From assembly GCA_947632115.1 (NCBI GenBank), contig CANROB010000006.1, positions 3,844 to 67,843 on the forward strand: 64,000 bases of DNA, in the 5' to 3' direction. Under the pieces are notes generated by a model. That model saw only the letters and a program-made list of their open reading frames with translations. It did no database searches and had not been told where the DNA came from. Position numbers and translations under genes: made by a program. This DNA comes from an uncultured Bacilli bacterium (GTDB lineage Bacteria > Bacillota_I > Bacilli_A > RF39 > UBA660). Shown piece after piece: positions 62,675-64,000 of this stretch. Position 1 is the stretch's first letter, and each line of letters opens with the position of its first letter.

Positions 62675-62854
62675 TTGAATAGAAATATTAAAAGAATTTG
62701 TATTGAAGTTATGAAAGATTTAGATATTATTCCGACTGATTCATTAATTAGAGATTTTAGAAGAACACTAGATTTTAAAACGTTTTATAGTGATAAGGTT
62801 ATTAGAGCCATGGCTAGATGTTATTTTTCGAGGTTAGTAGAAGATGAGTCTTAA
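62675..62854 (+). CDS. Small phage ORF (59 aa, TTG start, below the track threshold)
   Basis: AAGGTGA Shine-Dalgarno 5 nt upstream of the TTG at 62675. It translates to (M)NRNIKRICIEVMKDLDIIPTDSLIRDFRRTLDFKTFYSDKVIRAMARCYFSRLVEDES and overlaps the Zot-like gene by 11 nt. Confidence 0.35.
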   Translation: MNRNIKRICIEVMKDLDIIPTDSLIRDFRRTLDFKTFYSDKVIRAMARCYFSRLVEDES

Positions 62855-63644
62855 GTCTTTATGCGGTATTCCTGGATGTGGAAAGACATTTAGTCTTACT
62901 TATTTAGCTGTTAAGCATTATAAAAGGCAGAATTCATTCTTTTATTGTATGCGTAGAAAATTAAAAGGCCAACCTTGGCATGTAAATAATGTATATACTA
63001 GCTATCCAGTTCTTTTAGATAAAAAGAAGAAGATTTATAGTAGAAAGATTCATATTGATGATTTAAAAAATCAATGGTCGTTTGAGTCTCACGCATTTAT
63101 GGGATTTGATGAACCACAACTTGATTATGATTCTATTTCTGATACGTTTTTATTTCCTCGTGCTATTGGTATGACCTTACAAGCTCATAGGCATTTTGGT
63201 ATTGATGATATAGTATTCGCAACTCAACACCCGAACCGTTTGATCGTGTATGAAAAAAATATTATGAATGAATATTATAAAATCATGAAGAAAATTAAGT
63301 TTCCATTTTTACCTTGGGGAATAATTTTTATGCGTAAATGTTATGAAATAGAAGATTATACCTATATTACGACTAGATCTAAGACTAAAAGGCAAGAATG
63401 TTCTATTAGTAGATCTATTAAATTCTTTAATTTTAAAAAGATAGGTAGTAGTTATGATTCTACTTATTTGCGTCCTTTAAATATAGATAAACCTAAATTG
63501 GATAAAGGAACTTATAATTCTTTGATTATGCCTAAAGATACATGCGCTATTTTAAATCAAAAATTTCTAGATCATCAAGATGGTGAAAAAGTTGGAAAAA
63601 AATCGAAAAAAACAGAACCTACAACTTTTGCGCGAGCGTTTTAG
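62844..63644 (+). CDS. Zot / pI-like P-loop assembly ATPase
   Basis: Walker A at the extreme N-terminus (LCGIPGCGKTFS) and Walker B FMGFDEPQ. Its position after the small membrane-protein genes fits inovirus gene I. Confidence 0.65.
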   Translation: MSLKSLCGIPGCGKTFSLTYLAVKHYKRQNSFFYCMRRKLKGQPWHVNNVYTSYPVLLDKKKKIYSRKIHIDDLKNQWSFESHAFMGFDEPQLDYDSISDTFLFPRAIGMTLQAHRHFGIDDIVFATQHPNRLIVYEKNIMNEYYKIMKKIKFPFLPWGIIFMRKCYEIEDYTYITTRSKTKRQECSISRSIKFFNFKKIGSSYDSTYLRPLNIDKPKLDKGTYNSLIMPKDTCAILNQKFLDHQDGEKVGKKSKKTEPTTFARAF

Positions 63645-63692
63645 CGCCGCGCATAAAGTTGTATTGGTACCCCCCATACTAATAGGGGGGTA
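63629..63692. other. Two GC-rich hairpins between the zot-like and rep genes (candidate origin, packaging signal or terminator)
   Basis: The first is TGCGCG-a-GCG-ttttag-CGC-CGCGCA (63629-63653). The second is TACCCCCC-atactaata-GGGGGGTA (63668-63692). Both are striking in this AT-rich sequence. Confidence 0.7.
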
Positions 63693-63719
63693 ATAAATAC
63701 ATAAAAAGAGGTGTTTCGC

Positions 63720-64000
63720 TTGGAAAAACAAGACCAAACTCGATATTTACTCCTAGATTGGTTCCAATTCACTATTTTGGACGATGTAGACGAGCTACAT
63801 TTACATCAATTTATCTTTAATTTAGTTACTGAATTTTTTGGTATTAAGCAAGAAGATCTTACGCTTGTTCAATCTGGCTTGAATGGTTATAAAATGCATT
63901 ATGAATTTCGAAATATTGAAATACATTTTCATCCGGCATATTTAAATAAAGGAATTAATTTTTTATTACGTGGTCAAGGATGTCGTGATTTTGAAGATTT
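63720..64000 (+). CDS. Rolling-circle replication initiator, Rep_trans family (RstA-like); N-terminal part only
   Basis: TTG start 6 nt after an AGAGGTG Shine-Dalgarno. The translation (M)EKQDQTRYLLLDWFQFTILD...GYKMHYEFRNIEIHFHP...GINFLLRGQGCRDFED matches the N-terminal blocks of Rep_trans (DW..FT; G...SGQGCR..E). Open to the window end. Confidence 0.7.
   Translation, partial: MEKQDQTRYLLLDWFQFTILDDVDELHLHQFIFNLVTEFFGIKQEDLTLVQSGLNGYKMHYEFRNIEIHFHPAYLNKGINFLLRGQGCRDFED

Larger units (their letters stand above)
58698..64000 (+). mobile_element. Integrated filamentous (inovirus-like) prophage; right end beyond the window
   Basis: All genes are on one strand with overlapping or abutting start/stop codons. 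Most products are under 100 aa with TM helices. It contains a coat-like 61-aa protein, a 595-aa pIII-like protein, a Zot/pI-like P-loop ATPase, GC-rich hairpins and a Rep_trans initiator. It starts at a tRNA fragment. Confidence 0.65.

Overview
The window is visibly AT-rich chromosomal DNA from an endospore-forming low-GC Firmicute. It encodes an alpha/beta-type SASP and CotE. Its tRNA-Gly starts GCAG, as I recall for Mollicutes-related lineages such as Erysipelotrichia; this taxon guess is inference only. Most of the window is housekeeping, arranged in blocks that are syntenic with Bacillus:
- tmcAL / ylbN-rpmF
- T-box-deoC-tyrS / rpsD / ezrA / thiI-ssp
- miaB ... cotE
- rpsP-KH
- uppS-cdsA-rseP
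- an ABC pair, addBA, gmk, htpG, a P-type ATPase and a nucleotide-pool gene run

Two regions stand out.

1. 32182-38573 is a tightly packed four-gene operon. It encodes two paralogous Zn-ribbon/TIR/5-TM/SH3b membrane proteins, an SPFH protein with a double Zn-ribbon, and an LRR membrane protein. None of the known Thoeris or CBASS partner genes is present. I rank this the best candidate for an undescribed system, possibly one that senses the envelope and signals through a TIR effector.

2. 56658-64000 is a tRNA-Gly integration hot spot. It contains:
- an intact tRNA-Gly(CCC) and a decayed duplicate, which together flank an ASCH gene
- an orphan MspI/HinP1I-like restriction endonuclease
- an 18-nt tRNA-Gly 3' fragment that still has its stranded terminator
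- an integrated filamentous (inovirus-like) prophage, which starts immediately after that fragment and runs off the right edge. It has many tiny overlapping TM-protein genes, a coat-like 61-aa protein, a pIII-like 595-aa protein, a Zot/pI-like ATPase, GC-rich hairpins and a Rep_trans initiator.

Smaller observations:
- a Tyr-type T-box in front of deoC-tyrS
- a CIRCE operator in front of htpG
- an M60-like surface protein whose HExxH motif has degenerated to HLIAH, with a (NTNTNS)n stalk
- pervasive TGnTATAAT extended -10 promoters that help correct start codons

No CRISPR array or rRNA was seen. All domain calls come from motif recognition by eye; no searches were run.
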